DNA from: Eledone cirrhosa
Taxonomy: Eukaryota
DNA length: 64,000 bases
Reading direction: 5' to 3'
Assembly: GCA_964016885.1 (NCBI GenBank)
Contig: OZ024741.1
Span: 368,466,001 to 368,530,000, forward strand
The first letter of the stretch is position 1. The number at the start of each line of letters is the position of its first letter. The notes below the pieces were generated by a model that made no database searches, was not told where the DNA came from, and saw nothing but the letters and a program-made list of their open reading frames with translations. Shown here piece by piece: positions 45,491 to 56,573 of the stretch. The translations under genes and the position numbers were made by a program.

Positions 45491-46884
45491 TCAACAGCCA
45501 CAACTCAATGACAAGCAGATGCAAGATTATTAGTAGGTGTATCAACTGCAGGTTTTTTTCAGTATGTCCTTCTCGCAAGAATATATATATATAAGACCAA
45601 AATCCAAAGAGGGCTCGATAAGGGTTGTATATATATAAGTATATATAAACTTGTAGTGGATTGGCAGTATCGGTAGAGGGTCGGACGGCATGCTTTGCAG
45701 TACAGTTACGTCCCTTTACGGACTGAGTTCAAATCCCGCCGAGGTTAACTTTGCCTTTCATCCTTACGGGGTCGATAAAATAAAGTACCAGTAATACACT
45801 GGGATAATTACTGGCCTTGTGTCAAAAGTAGAAACAATCTTTAGTACAGATTAAAAGTTTAACCAAAGAATTTCTGCTTTCACCCTAAGCGGGATCAACT
45901 GAGAAAAATCAATCTGTAGACGCAGAATGACCGAATAGTGCCTTTAGAAAACAGGAAGATATAATGGTAATTAGTGAGGATGTTCTCTTGAAATGTGTGA
46001 AATTTATGCAAGGAGAATTGCATCATTATGTGGAGAGGGAAGAACAAATTCTTGCTATGGAAAAATCAGGAGACTAATATTTTTTTAGAATAGGCAAATA
46101 ATTTCCAGCTACCATATGTGGAAAATCTAAACTATAATAAAGGAAGGTCTGCGGGATTGCGTACGGTTTATTTTTTTTTTATCCCGTTTGTAAAATAAGT
46201 TGGATTACTTTGAATAAATAATGAATGAATATTACATAATTTATCTACTAAATTTCGTGGCTGTTCATTAAATATATTTTGTTTATTTAAAGAATCACTT
46301 CTTTAAAATTTTTGAAATGTCAACACTTCCGGTGGTGATCGCTTAAATAAACATACTAATTTTCCGTCACTAATTTTCTCCTGACGCAGTTTATATATAA
46401 TATTGTCTTTTTTAATGTATCATGGATTACGTTACTGATTACATAAGTCTTCGTTCAATTTCTATGTATTATATATTGTCAATTACGATTTTATTTGATG
46501 TATAATATCAATATACACACTACACATGCTAGCAGAAAACCACCTTTATATTAATAGTAGTAAAATGATTAAATATACAAATATTGAAAGTATTAATAAT
46601 AGTAAAAGTAATTATAATAATGAGAACATTAATAGTAATGTTTTCGGATTTAGGGTCATGCCTAAACTGGTAAGTATGCGCTGACCAGTGTGGATGCATG
46701 CATAAATGAAATATAGTGTATGAAAATTATACACACATATACATATATACATGTACATATATGCATGTACACATGTACACACGTGCATTTGCATGTGAGT
46801 GTACAAATGTACATATACTCGCATATATACACATATACGTACAAGTATGCATATACATATATACGCATATATATTCATATATAT

Positions 46885-47409
46885 GGTAAATTTCTTTAAG
46901 TCGTTTGGAAGCCTCGACAATGCAAATAGGTAAATCTCCGGTGGTGGAGAGAGAGATGTAAGTGGGTGTACGTTGAGATGCGTGGCGTGTATAAGACATG
47001 TAGAGGAATGAAGGAAAGAGCATAAAGGATAAAATAAAATAACAACACGAGAGAGAGTTACCTTGGGAGAGATTTAATTGTCTCTATATATTTCGGATTC
47101 ACATCCATCAACTGGGAGTTTTTTCCGGGGTGGGGGAAAGGTTGTCTGTCGGCGGAAAAAATCCCCAGTTGATGGATGTGAATCCTAAATATATAGGGAC
47201 AATTAAATCTCTCCCAAGGTAACTCTCTCTCGTGTTGTTATTTTATTTTATCCTTTATGCTCTTTCCTTCATTCCTCTACATGTCTTATACACGCCACGC
47301 ATCTCAACGTACACCCACTTACATCTCTCTCTCCACCACCGGATCTTGTTACCCGGAGATTTACCCATTTGCATTGTCGAGGCTTCCAAACGACTTAAAG
47401 AAATTTACC
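46885..47409. repeat. Long inverted repeat (arms about 243/257 bp, 25-nt loop)
   Basis: 46885-47127 is the reverse complement of 47153-47409, with a few mismatches and a 14-nt indel; identical ORF starts on opposite strands in the track (47023- and 47257+). Confidence 0.95.
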
Positions 47410-47472
47410 TTATTATTCCACAATGCTTCAAGCAAACTTCAATACTCTCTTATTCATATATATATATATATA

Positions 47473-49120
47473 TGTAGCAAGAGTTGCCTCCCTTGTTGTG
47501 ACGATCACATCACCAATAGAGTAACGCTCTCTAGACAGGAAGTAGCTGGAGTTGCTTCCCGTTGGGGTGGCAGAGCCCTTTTTGTCACTTCCGTCCCAGG
47601 ACCTATAAAGGGAGTAACTTTCGGCTCCTGGCCTTCTAACCTTCGGCCAGGCGCGTTCGTCGAGCAACCCTAATATGGTCTCTTGCGAGCTAACTTCAAA
47701 ACGGTAACAAATAACTTTACTTCATTCTTTCATCTACAAGTGTCGCATTTCACTGGATGTATATATGTTTTTCGTTTCTTCTTACAACGAACATTTAAAA
47801 AAAAAAAAAGAAATTTGATATTTTTTTTTTTTTACACATTTCAACATGAACATTTACTTTCACTGAATCTCAACTATTGCTTATTCTTTCCGCCAAGCTT
47901 TTTTCATCGTTCACAAAAAAGTTGAACTCGCCATATTTGTTATACCAAGTGAAGCCTTTCTTTCTGTTTCATCATATTATCACGTTCACACACGAGTTTT
48001 TCAAAATGGCTGCCAACAACCTTGTTTCGGCACGTGTGGGCAGCACACATCTCGACTCACTGAGATACCACATGGTTTCTTGCCAAGGATTCTCCAGCCT
48101 TAAGCTATATTCTCCTATTTGCCGGTTTAAAAATTTACCACGTAAATTTGCCGTTGAAAACTGCGCATTTATTCAGAATGCTTATTTCTTTGGTCGCTGG
48201 CCTCTTGACCCTTCCAGGTCAACGCATTCTCAACATCGACCATCAACTTTGGCTGTTATTTCTAACACTTTGCGCAACTCATTTTTTCTGGGAAAATTTT
48301 TAATGTGAATTTAAATATCGAATACGCTCACTCCGCGAGACAACAACATCAACAACAACACAGCTTCATCAACAACCAAAACCAGCAGAACAAGCCAGAG
48401 AATTTATTTTTGCAGCACTCTTCCTGTAAGAAAATCCCTTCAGAAGTTGGAAATTTCACGTTATACCACAGACCAGAAACCACCTGCATTCATTCTCTGG
48501 AACAAACTTTCTTTCCTGCTGTCATGTGATTGCACACCTGTGAACTGTATTTTGAACATTTGAACTTTGACCTCTTCTTTTACTTTGATTACATTGTATC
48601 TTTGAGTGACGGATAGATAGATGTCCAGTCGTTCTCTGGCCAAGAGCGGTTGGTTACCTTGATATCTATCATTGATTTTTGCATGCATATATTTTGCTGT
48701 TTTCCTTTTATTGCAAACATTTTTTTTTTCGTAATTTTCATGCCTGTTACATGCTCGCCATCTTACTCCATACATGTTTCATTCGATTTTTATGTTTAAA
48801 AAATCTGGCGGGAGATAATGTAGCAAGAGTTGCCTCCCTTGTTGTGACGATCACATCACCAATAGAGTAACGCTCTCTAGACAAGAAGTAGCTGGAGTTG
48901 CTTCCCGTTGGGGTGGCAGAGCCCTTTTTGTCACTTCCGTCCAAGGACCTATAAAGGGAGTAACTTTCAGCTCTCTACCTCTCATTTGCCTTTCGGCTCC
49001 TGGCCTTCTAACCTGCCTGGCCCTTCGGTCAGGCGCGTTCGTCGGGCACCCCTAACATGGTCTCTTGCGAGCTAACTTCAAAACGGTAACAAATAACTTT
49101 ACTTCATTTTTTCATCTATT
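47473..49120 (+). mobile_element. Small non-autonomous LTR retroelement (TRIM/LARD-like); LTRs 47473-47738 and 48819-about 49120
   Basis: Direct repeats of about 270-300 bp; 5' LTR bounded by TGTAG...CTACA; TATA-like CTATAAA inside the LTR; purine-rich GGCGGGAGATAA just before the 3' LTR; about 1.08 kb internal region with no pol. Confidence 0.85.
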
Positions 49121-49224
49121 CATTGACATGTCAACTATACTATTCTACATAACTGCAACTTGTTAATTAAAACTTTATATACACATCCTAGTGTCTTGTT
49201 ATATTCATACACACCAGTATTTTG

Positions 49225-49266
<42 letters not shown>

Positions 49267-49559
49267 GTATATATACAGTGGCGGAATGGATATAATAATA
49301 TAGGTTGCCAGGAGATAAAGGGGGTCCACCCACATATAGAATGCTATTATTTAATTTTTATAATGAATAAATAACATTTTCAAAAAATACATAAGTGGAA
49401 ACAGAACAGTTCAATAACATTTTTTACTAATTATAGTGTATATATACTGTACATATTACTGGAAGTATACAGTAATACCAAATATTAATACAGAATGTTA
49501 TAATTGAATTTTAAAATAATTATGAATGTATAGTATATTATTCAGAGTAGAGCATGCAA

Positions 49560-49984
49560 GTAACCGTTCCTACCTTAAAAAATATAAAGTACCTTGCGAA
49601 ATATACATCCACTGGAGCACATCCCCAGGACTACGCCGTATGGTAAACTCTCCACTGGCCATCGCGACAGGGGCCACCAAGGAAGCGATACAGGGACTAT
49701 TCGAAAAAATCCCTTGGTGCCTGTCACATCGACCATCGCCGGTGAGAAGCGTGACGCCTGGCGTCTCACCATCAAACATACTGTCTCCTTCGAAAGCCCC
49801 CCCCCCCCCCCCCCCCCGATAAAAGGTGCAGGAGGAAGAACCATAACACCAAGTCATCAAACCCTGACCAGACTTTCAGCTGCAGCCGTGCCTGCCTGTC
49901 ACGCATTGGGCTGAACAGGTACGAGCTTGCCTGCAGTCAACATTGACCACCCCTTTCTTAATCTTCATTCGCGAAGCAAAATTA

Positions 49985-49985
<1 letters not shown>
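49560..49985 (+). mobile_element. RTE-BovB-like LINE 3' end
   Basis: Frameshifted YGKLSTGHRDRG, KKSLGACHIDH, DAWRLTIKH..SFE, PDQTFSCSRACLSRIGL; tail taatcttcattcgcgaagc then (TA)n. Confidence 0.8.
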
Positions 49986-50019
<34 letters not shown>

Positions 50020-51669
50020 TATATATACAGAGAGAGAGAGAGAGTGAGAAGACATCTTGAAGTTGATCATTAAAAAAATACCAAGATTGGAGATGCAGTA
50101 TATTGTAAAAGATATACCAGCTATAAACAAAATGTTTGAGTACATAAAGGTTACAAAAGGATTCAACATTAGAATTTCTTGGCTGCTTTACAGCTTCCCT
50201 TGCATCCCAATGTTTTTAAAAAATCTTTTTTTAATGCTTTTGGATGATGTTTGTTTCATGAAGAATTTTCAATAGTTTTTTGTGGAAGAAGACAGCGGAA
50301 AACCTAGGCAGATGAGCTGAGAGCTAATTTCAAAGTACTGAATCTGACAGATGATGAAAATATGCATAAAGTGGAATGAAGTATGAAAAGAACTAGTGTA
50401 AAAGGATTCAGAGAATTATTGGTTAATGTTAATAGTTGGGCACAGTATTGAGTTTTGCAATTGAGCTTAGTATAATTGCTTGTTTTAAGTGAACTAATTT
50501 TTGTTAGAATTTACGATTAGGGTATACGGTTCTAGAAAATTTCACTGGTATGGATACTTGATGGTCATTGTTTGAAGAATTGTCAATAGCTTGAAATCGA
50601 AGAACCGTTTTGAAGAGGATGACTGATGAAAATGCAATCTGAAATGGTGAAACCTGATCTCAAAATGTTGACCTTATAGGAGGAAACAATTAAAGAACAA
50701 CAATTAGACTGAAGCTGTTCTGGAGAAGACCCATATTAATTAACTCTTAATTTGAACTGTAGGGGACTAGGATAAAGTTAGGTGTAGGGTTAGTGTTATA
50801 TTTAGGGGTTCTTACTCTGAGGTTGAAATTTTGATGCATGCAAACTGTTTATCATTTATTGTAAAAACATCCCGCCTAGGTTAAATTTGTATTTCCTCCT
50901 TACAGGGCGATAAAATAATGTACCAGTAATGCACTGAGGTCGATTTAATCAATTTTCCCTTCCCACAAAATTGTTACTTTTGTGCCTAAATCAGAAACCG
51001 TTATTTATTCTAAACATTTTACAAGCGGGGGAGGTAACCGAATTGTGACAAATAATTACTACTAATAGTACTATTTTTTTCTAGCTGCATCCTTAAAGAG
51101 TTATCTCCCCTATATCACGTATATTTTGCTTGGTTTTAATAAATTTGATTTGGTGCATGAACAGTTTATACATACTAGATCAGCGGTCGCCAACCGGTGG
51201 CCCGAGAATTTTGGTGGTCCGCAGAAAAATTTGGATATTATTTGCAATGTTTATGTTTTATTAATAATAAAACAAAAATAATATTCGGTTAAAATATATT
51301 TTATACCCCCCCCCCCCAAAAAAAAAAAACGTTTCTCCTTAGTAAAGAACTCACATCCATGAAAGAATTTTACACATATGTATCGACAATAATGACACGT
51401 ATTATTCAGTATTATTTCGACTATTACAACAGTCAACCCCATTCCGCGAATACCGATTCTCATCTGATTGTTATATTTTGTTTGGCTTGATAGTGATAGC
51501 TATCATTTCTTGTTTGTTCGAATAAAATAAACCCACAATGAGTGAGAAAAAGCAAGTAAATATATTACATTTCTTTAGTAAAACCAAAAGTAATGTAACT
51601 AATGATAATAGTAACAATAGTAATACTTCACTTAACTGTGAGCTGATTAACATTAACATTTATATATCT

Positions 51670-52371
51670 ACGAGCAGTAAAGCCCGGCGTTGCTCAGGGC
51701 TGCTCAGTAGCTGTGTTAAAGTTACAATGTTAAGTTCCTTTCTTGGCTTAAAAACTGTAGAGTCTACAGTGTAGACTTTCATGTGGTACTTTTGATTAAT
51801 ATTCCCTCAACCAACAGTATGCCTTATGAAGTTAAGAAAACATAACCATAACCCGAATGTTAAAACAAAAGGGAATGCTGGGGATAAAAACTGCACTGGT
51901 AATCTATTAACAAAAAATCGAAAATGTAAACACAACACTTGTCTCAGAGAAACACATCAGCGTAACCAAACTATCAGTTATTTTGAAACAAAGAAATTGG
52001 ATGGACATGAAAAACAAAAAAAAAAATGCGTTATCTGTCTGTCGTTCAAAATCAGTGCTTCTAAATGAAAATCTCTCATAAGGCTTTATTCGAGATCAAT
52101 GCTTTTTTTACAAAATATTTGATTGTTTTACGGTGTATTCAAATAGGCTTGTTTTCAAGTAAAAATATTGTTTTAAAAGACCTTTTAATGGAAATGAAGC
52201 AAAAGGGAAGCTTAATGTTGAAATTTCGAACTCATGAATTTTGTAGGTTAAAATTTTGCTGAAAGTCTACACTGTAGACTCTACAGTTTTTAAGCCAAGA
52301 AAGGAACTTAACATTGTAACTTTAACACAGCTACTGAGCAGCCCTGAGCAACGCCGGGCTTTACTGCTAGT
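51670..52371. mobile_element. Fold-back element with 112-bp inverted repeats whose outer ends are Helitron-type 3' termini
   Basis: 51670-51781 is the reverse complement of 52260-52371 (one mismatch seen); GCCCTGAGCAACGCCGGGC hairpin 7 nt before CTAG|T. Confidence 0.75.
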
Positions 52372-52412
52372 ATATATATATTTAATTATATAATAAACAA
52401 CACAATATTATT

Positions 52413-52484
52413 ATTCCATTACCTAAGGTTTCATGAAACTAGACGATCTTAAAAGAAACGTCCTGTAAGCTCATCAGATGAAAT
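52413..52484 (-). ncRNA. Type I hammerhead motif in the left arm of a palindrome (mirror copy on + at 52485-52556 has a mutated core)
   Basis: ATTTCAT-CTGATGA-stem II-GAAACC TTA GGTA-ATGGAAT. Confidence 0.6.
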
Positions 52485-53915
52485 ATTTCATCTGGTTAGT
52501 GTACCGGGCGTTTCTGTTAAGATCGTCTAGTTTCATGAAACCTTAGGTAATGGAATAGTTATATTGTGTTGTTTATTATATAATCAAATAACTCTGTACT
52601 ATACATAGAGCACTCTTCTTTCTTTTACCTTTTCTACGGAAATACAGATCACACACATACACATATATATATAAAATGAAAAAACGGAGTTAGAAACTCA
52701 CGTTAATCCCCTGTAATTTAATGAGCTCAAGGTATAAGTACTGGGCTCGTCATAATACAGTATATAGAGAAGAAAACACAAAAGGGTGTTTTCAATTTCG
52801 AGGAGTGGAGAACCGCTAGAGTGAAAAGCATATAGTCTATGAAAGGAGTGGAAAATACATATTAATTAAAAAAGTAAATCAAAATGTACAGACCAGCCTT
52901 TATAACTATAAAACACCTGGACAGATTCGAAGAAGAGAATGTTTTGCCATAAAAAGTATCGATACTATATCTCTCAGGGCTTCTCAACAGGTGTAAAGAC
53001 AATATAGTTCAACACTTCTAAAGAAACTCCAGACAACTGAAATATCGTACATGGTGAAAGAAGAGATGAAAACATGCACGCTAGACAGTACGTAGTTTTT
53101 CATTTGATATTTTGGCTCCTAACTAATATCTTTAGGTTAATTAAACTTCTTAAGTTAAATGGTTATGGGCTGCTATTTCTAGCGTTTTTTTTTATCCATT
53201 CAAGTAAAAATCTACTGTCTAGTGCACATGTTTTCGTCTCTTCTTTATTCTCGATAAGAGGCCAGTTTTTTCCAGGGGGTTCATAACAAATTAATATCCC
53301 GTTCTAAACCTAATCCGTAATACGAATATACACTTTAGCCAGTTAGATATTATTCGTAATATATTGACTGTTGTATAATTTTCTGGATTTCTAATTTTTA
53401 ACGTCTGAAATTTAGAAATTTTTGGATTTTCGGGTCGTGAAATCTTAAATATTTTCCATAAGTTATATGAAACCATAGCATTAGGTAACTTTCTCACTTT
53501 GGGGTTCATAGTCTGTATATCATCCTGCCATAAATGGGTAGTAGGTACGCATGCACTGACACCAAAGTTAGCAATAAATAAATTTGGCTGAATTGAACAC
53601 CCACTGACCATATAGTGTTGATGGCTGAGGTGGTGGGGGACTGGTAGCTAAGGTTAGTAGTATTCTGGGTTTTAGTTGAGTGGGCAGCCACCCACACCTC
53701 TTCATCTGCACAGAGCTGTCGGGAGGTTTTGAAAGTTAGAAGCGAGTGGACATCCAAAGCAAAAACATACATTTTTTAATCCGCTCCCTTCCACCTTCAA
53801 TTGCCTCAGAAATGTTACCTTTTACTCAATTTTGTTGTCTGAAGAAATCACGATATCTGTCGTATAACGGCTCAATTAATAAAAGACTCTAGCATCTACA
53901 ACTTCGCATTCTCCT

Positions 53916-53964
<49 letters not shown>

Positions 53965-53968
<4 letters not shown>

Positions 53969-54520
53969 CATCATCATCATCACTGTTTTACATCCATTCT
54001 TCCACGCTAGCATCGGTTAGATGGGTTTTCCTGTTGTGGGCAATGCCAGGTCAGGCGACCATGTCTTGCTCATACGGGAACTGATTTTGGCTTGATTTCT
54101 ACAGCTGGATGCCCTTCCTAACCTCATTTATAGTGTGGACTGGGTGCTTTTTTGTTGTGACACCTCCACGACCACTTTGCAGTGGGAGGGGTTGGGGGCA
54201 TATTGTCTATATGGGAAGTTGGATCTTCTGTATTACTGTGTAATGCCAGCGGTCTTGGTTCTGTGTCATCATATTTGAGAAGTGCAATTGGGCAAGGTCA
54301 GCTTTTATCACCTCATCCCAGGTCTTCTTGGGTCTCCCCTCTCCAAGGTTTCCATTGAATTTTAGTGCTCTGGACTTTTTTATGCAGCTATCATCCTTCA
54401 TACATATCACATGTCCATACCAACGCAACCTTCTCTCCTGCACACAGCATTTGATTCCTCTTCCGCTCAGTCTCTCTCTCAATTCGTTTATGCTTTGCCG
54501 TTCGCATATATTACTATTGT
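53965..54520 (-). mobile_element. RTE LINE 3' end
   Basis: [27 protein letters not shown] plus the shared 3' tail. Confidence 0.85.
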
Positions 54521-54541
54521 TATATATATATATATATATAT

Positions 54542-56312
54542 AGTAAAAAATTGAACGGGAACAAAACAGAGAGGCAGTACGAACAAAGGTTTATTAGTTT
54601 CACGCTCTTGAGAGTGGGGTGGCGGTGGGGAACGACGTTTCGGGCATAAGCCCTTCTTCAGGTGAAAAGTGTGTGGGAAGAGAATTCCAAGGGTGTGTAG
54701 GGGAGTGGTGGAGAGACATATAGAAAAAAGGGGGTGAGAGGATACGGTACAAATGAAATTAAATGAAATTAAATATAAAAGCATGATAAAAATAAAAATG
54801 GTGGTAGGATGTGTAGAGTGGGTGGTGTAAGAGGGTGTGTGTGTTTGTGTGCGTAGGGTTGGGGGGTGTTAGTGATGTTAGTTGCGTGTAGAGTGGGTGT
54901 GTGTGTTCGTGTGCTTGGGGTCGGGGGTGTTAGTGATGTTAGTTGCGGGGTGGTGGGGTGGATGTGTGGGGGTGAGGGTTAGTGGTGGTAGTAGGGTGTG
55001 TGTTTAGTGTGAGCGCGTGTATATATGTACCGGTGGGTGTGTGCGTGTGATAAGGAGGGGGAGGGGGGAAGAAGGGAGGGATGTTAGTATGTTAGTTGGG
55101 GAAGGGTGGTCGGGTGTGGGGTGGAGGTGTTAGTATTGTTAGTTGTGGGGTGGGCGGTGAAAAGGAGGGGTATGTTAGTGGGGGATATGTGTGGGGGGAG
55201 GGGGGCGGTCGAAGGCTAAAGGAATAAGGGTGGGGAGTTCAGGCCGGGGGGAGTGTGGGTCACTAGGATGAAGATGGTTCGTTGTTCGACCCTGAGGAGA
55301 GTGGCGGGTGTTCCGTGGCATTGGAGTAGGCCACAGACTGTGAGGTGGTGTGCGGAATGTCGAGGGGCACCAAAGTGGCGGGCGATGGGGGAACTACCAC
55401 CGAGACGAATATCTCGGAAGTGTTCAGTAAACCTGTCCGCCAGGCGACGTCCAGTCTGTCCGACGTAGGTCGCGCCTCACTCCGTGCAGCGAAGTCCGTA
55501 GACTAGGCTGGAGGAGGTGCAGCGGAAGGCATGCCGGACAGAGAGAGAGTGGCCGTTGGGACCCTGAAAGCTGGTGGTGTTGGTGATGTGGGGACAGGTG
55601 TTGCAGCGGGGCCTGGAACAGGGAAGGGAACTGGGGGGGAGCTGTGGACGAGGAGGGTGCGGAGATTGCGTGCACGTTTGAATGAGGGGAGGGGTGGGGC
55701 TGGGAAGATGTGGGAGGTGGAGGGGTCGGACTGGAGGCGGAGGGGTATGGTGGAGGAGTGGTAGGTGATGGGGAAGGGGAGACGGTGGGTGGGTGTGCGG
55801 TGGCGTGGGGTGAGGGTGGTGGAGCGGTGGACAGCACGGGCGCGGTGTGAACGAGAGGGGGGGGGACCTCTGCGGATGAAATGGCTGACTAGGGAAAGGG
55901 CCTGGGACTCAAAGTCAGCATCTCGGCTACAGAGGCGGCGGATCCTGAGGAGTTGGGAGTAGGGAATAGAGTGTTTAGTGTGTGTGGGGTGGGAAGAGGT
56001 GAAGTCGAGGTAGGAGTGGGAGTCGGTGGGTTTGAAGAAGGCGGAGGTGACGAGGGAGTGGTGGGAGGGGTCGAAGGCGACGGAGATGTCTAAGAAGTGG
56101 AGGGAGGGGTGGAAGGAGCAGAAGAAGGAGAGAAGGGAGTCGAGCTGTTCTCGGGTGAGGGTCGTGGCTGCGATACAGTCGTTGATGTAACGACCGTACA
56201 GTTCGGGCGTGGGGCCGGTGTACTGGGCAAAGATTTGGGCCTCAACATGGCCAACAAAAAGGTTGGCATGGTTTGGGCCCATTCTTGTACCCATGGCTAC
56301 CCCCGTGACCTG
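54542..56312 (-). mobile_element. 5'-truncated Penelope-like element (RT plus GIY-YIG, Neptune-like) with terminal hammerhead
   Basis: GVAMGTRMGPNHANLF, RYINDC, FLDI, FKPTDSHSYLDFTSSHP, SIPYSQLLRIRRLCS; EN in a shifted frame: CTSSSLVY..RC..YVGQTGRRLADRFTEH..PIARHF; C-rich 3' UTR. Confidence 0.92.
54632..54663 (-). ncRNA. Minimal PLE hammerhead motif
   Basis: Minus strand AC-CTGAAGA-A-GGGC TTAT GCCC-GAAAC-GTC-GT; stem I very short. Confidence 0.7.
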
Positions 56313-56573
56313 TTAGTCCAGCTTGGCTAAGTATCTTTAACTATAGCCTCAGGTTAACCAATGCTTTGTGGGTGAAATTATCAGTGATTATGTGCTGTAA
56401 CTTAACAGTTCAACAAGAAGAGATCGATAAAATATGTACTAGACTTAATGTTCTAGAGTGGAGATGAATAAAATCTAGACTAAAGTTTAATATAATATAT
56501 ATATATATATATACCCATATGTGGTTGACGGCTGAGAGTACTCAAAACCAAAGTAGAATATATATATATGTGT

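Noticed and set aside
47473-49120. Retrozyme (LTR element with hammerheads)
   Set aside because: No CTGANGA/GAAA core found on either strand of the LTRs
49570-49860. Minus-strand ORF resembling a nuclease fragment (RRSPGDVL..TLYF)
   Set aside because: The plus strand is better explained as an RTE-BovB 3' end
50619-50662. CTGATGA...GAAA hammerhead-like match
   Set aside because: Stems II and III cannot form
51181-51240. hAT-like terminus CAGCGGTCGCCAACC (similar motifs near 3718, 30235, 49276 and 52975)
   Set aside because: Matching opposite end and TSD could not be established, so no element boundaries are claimed
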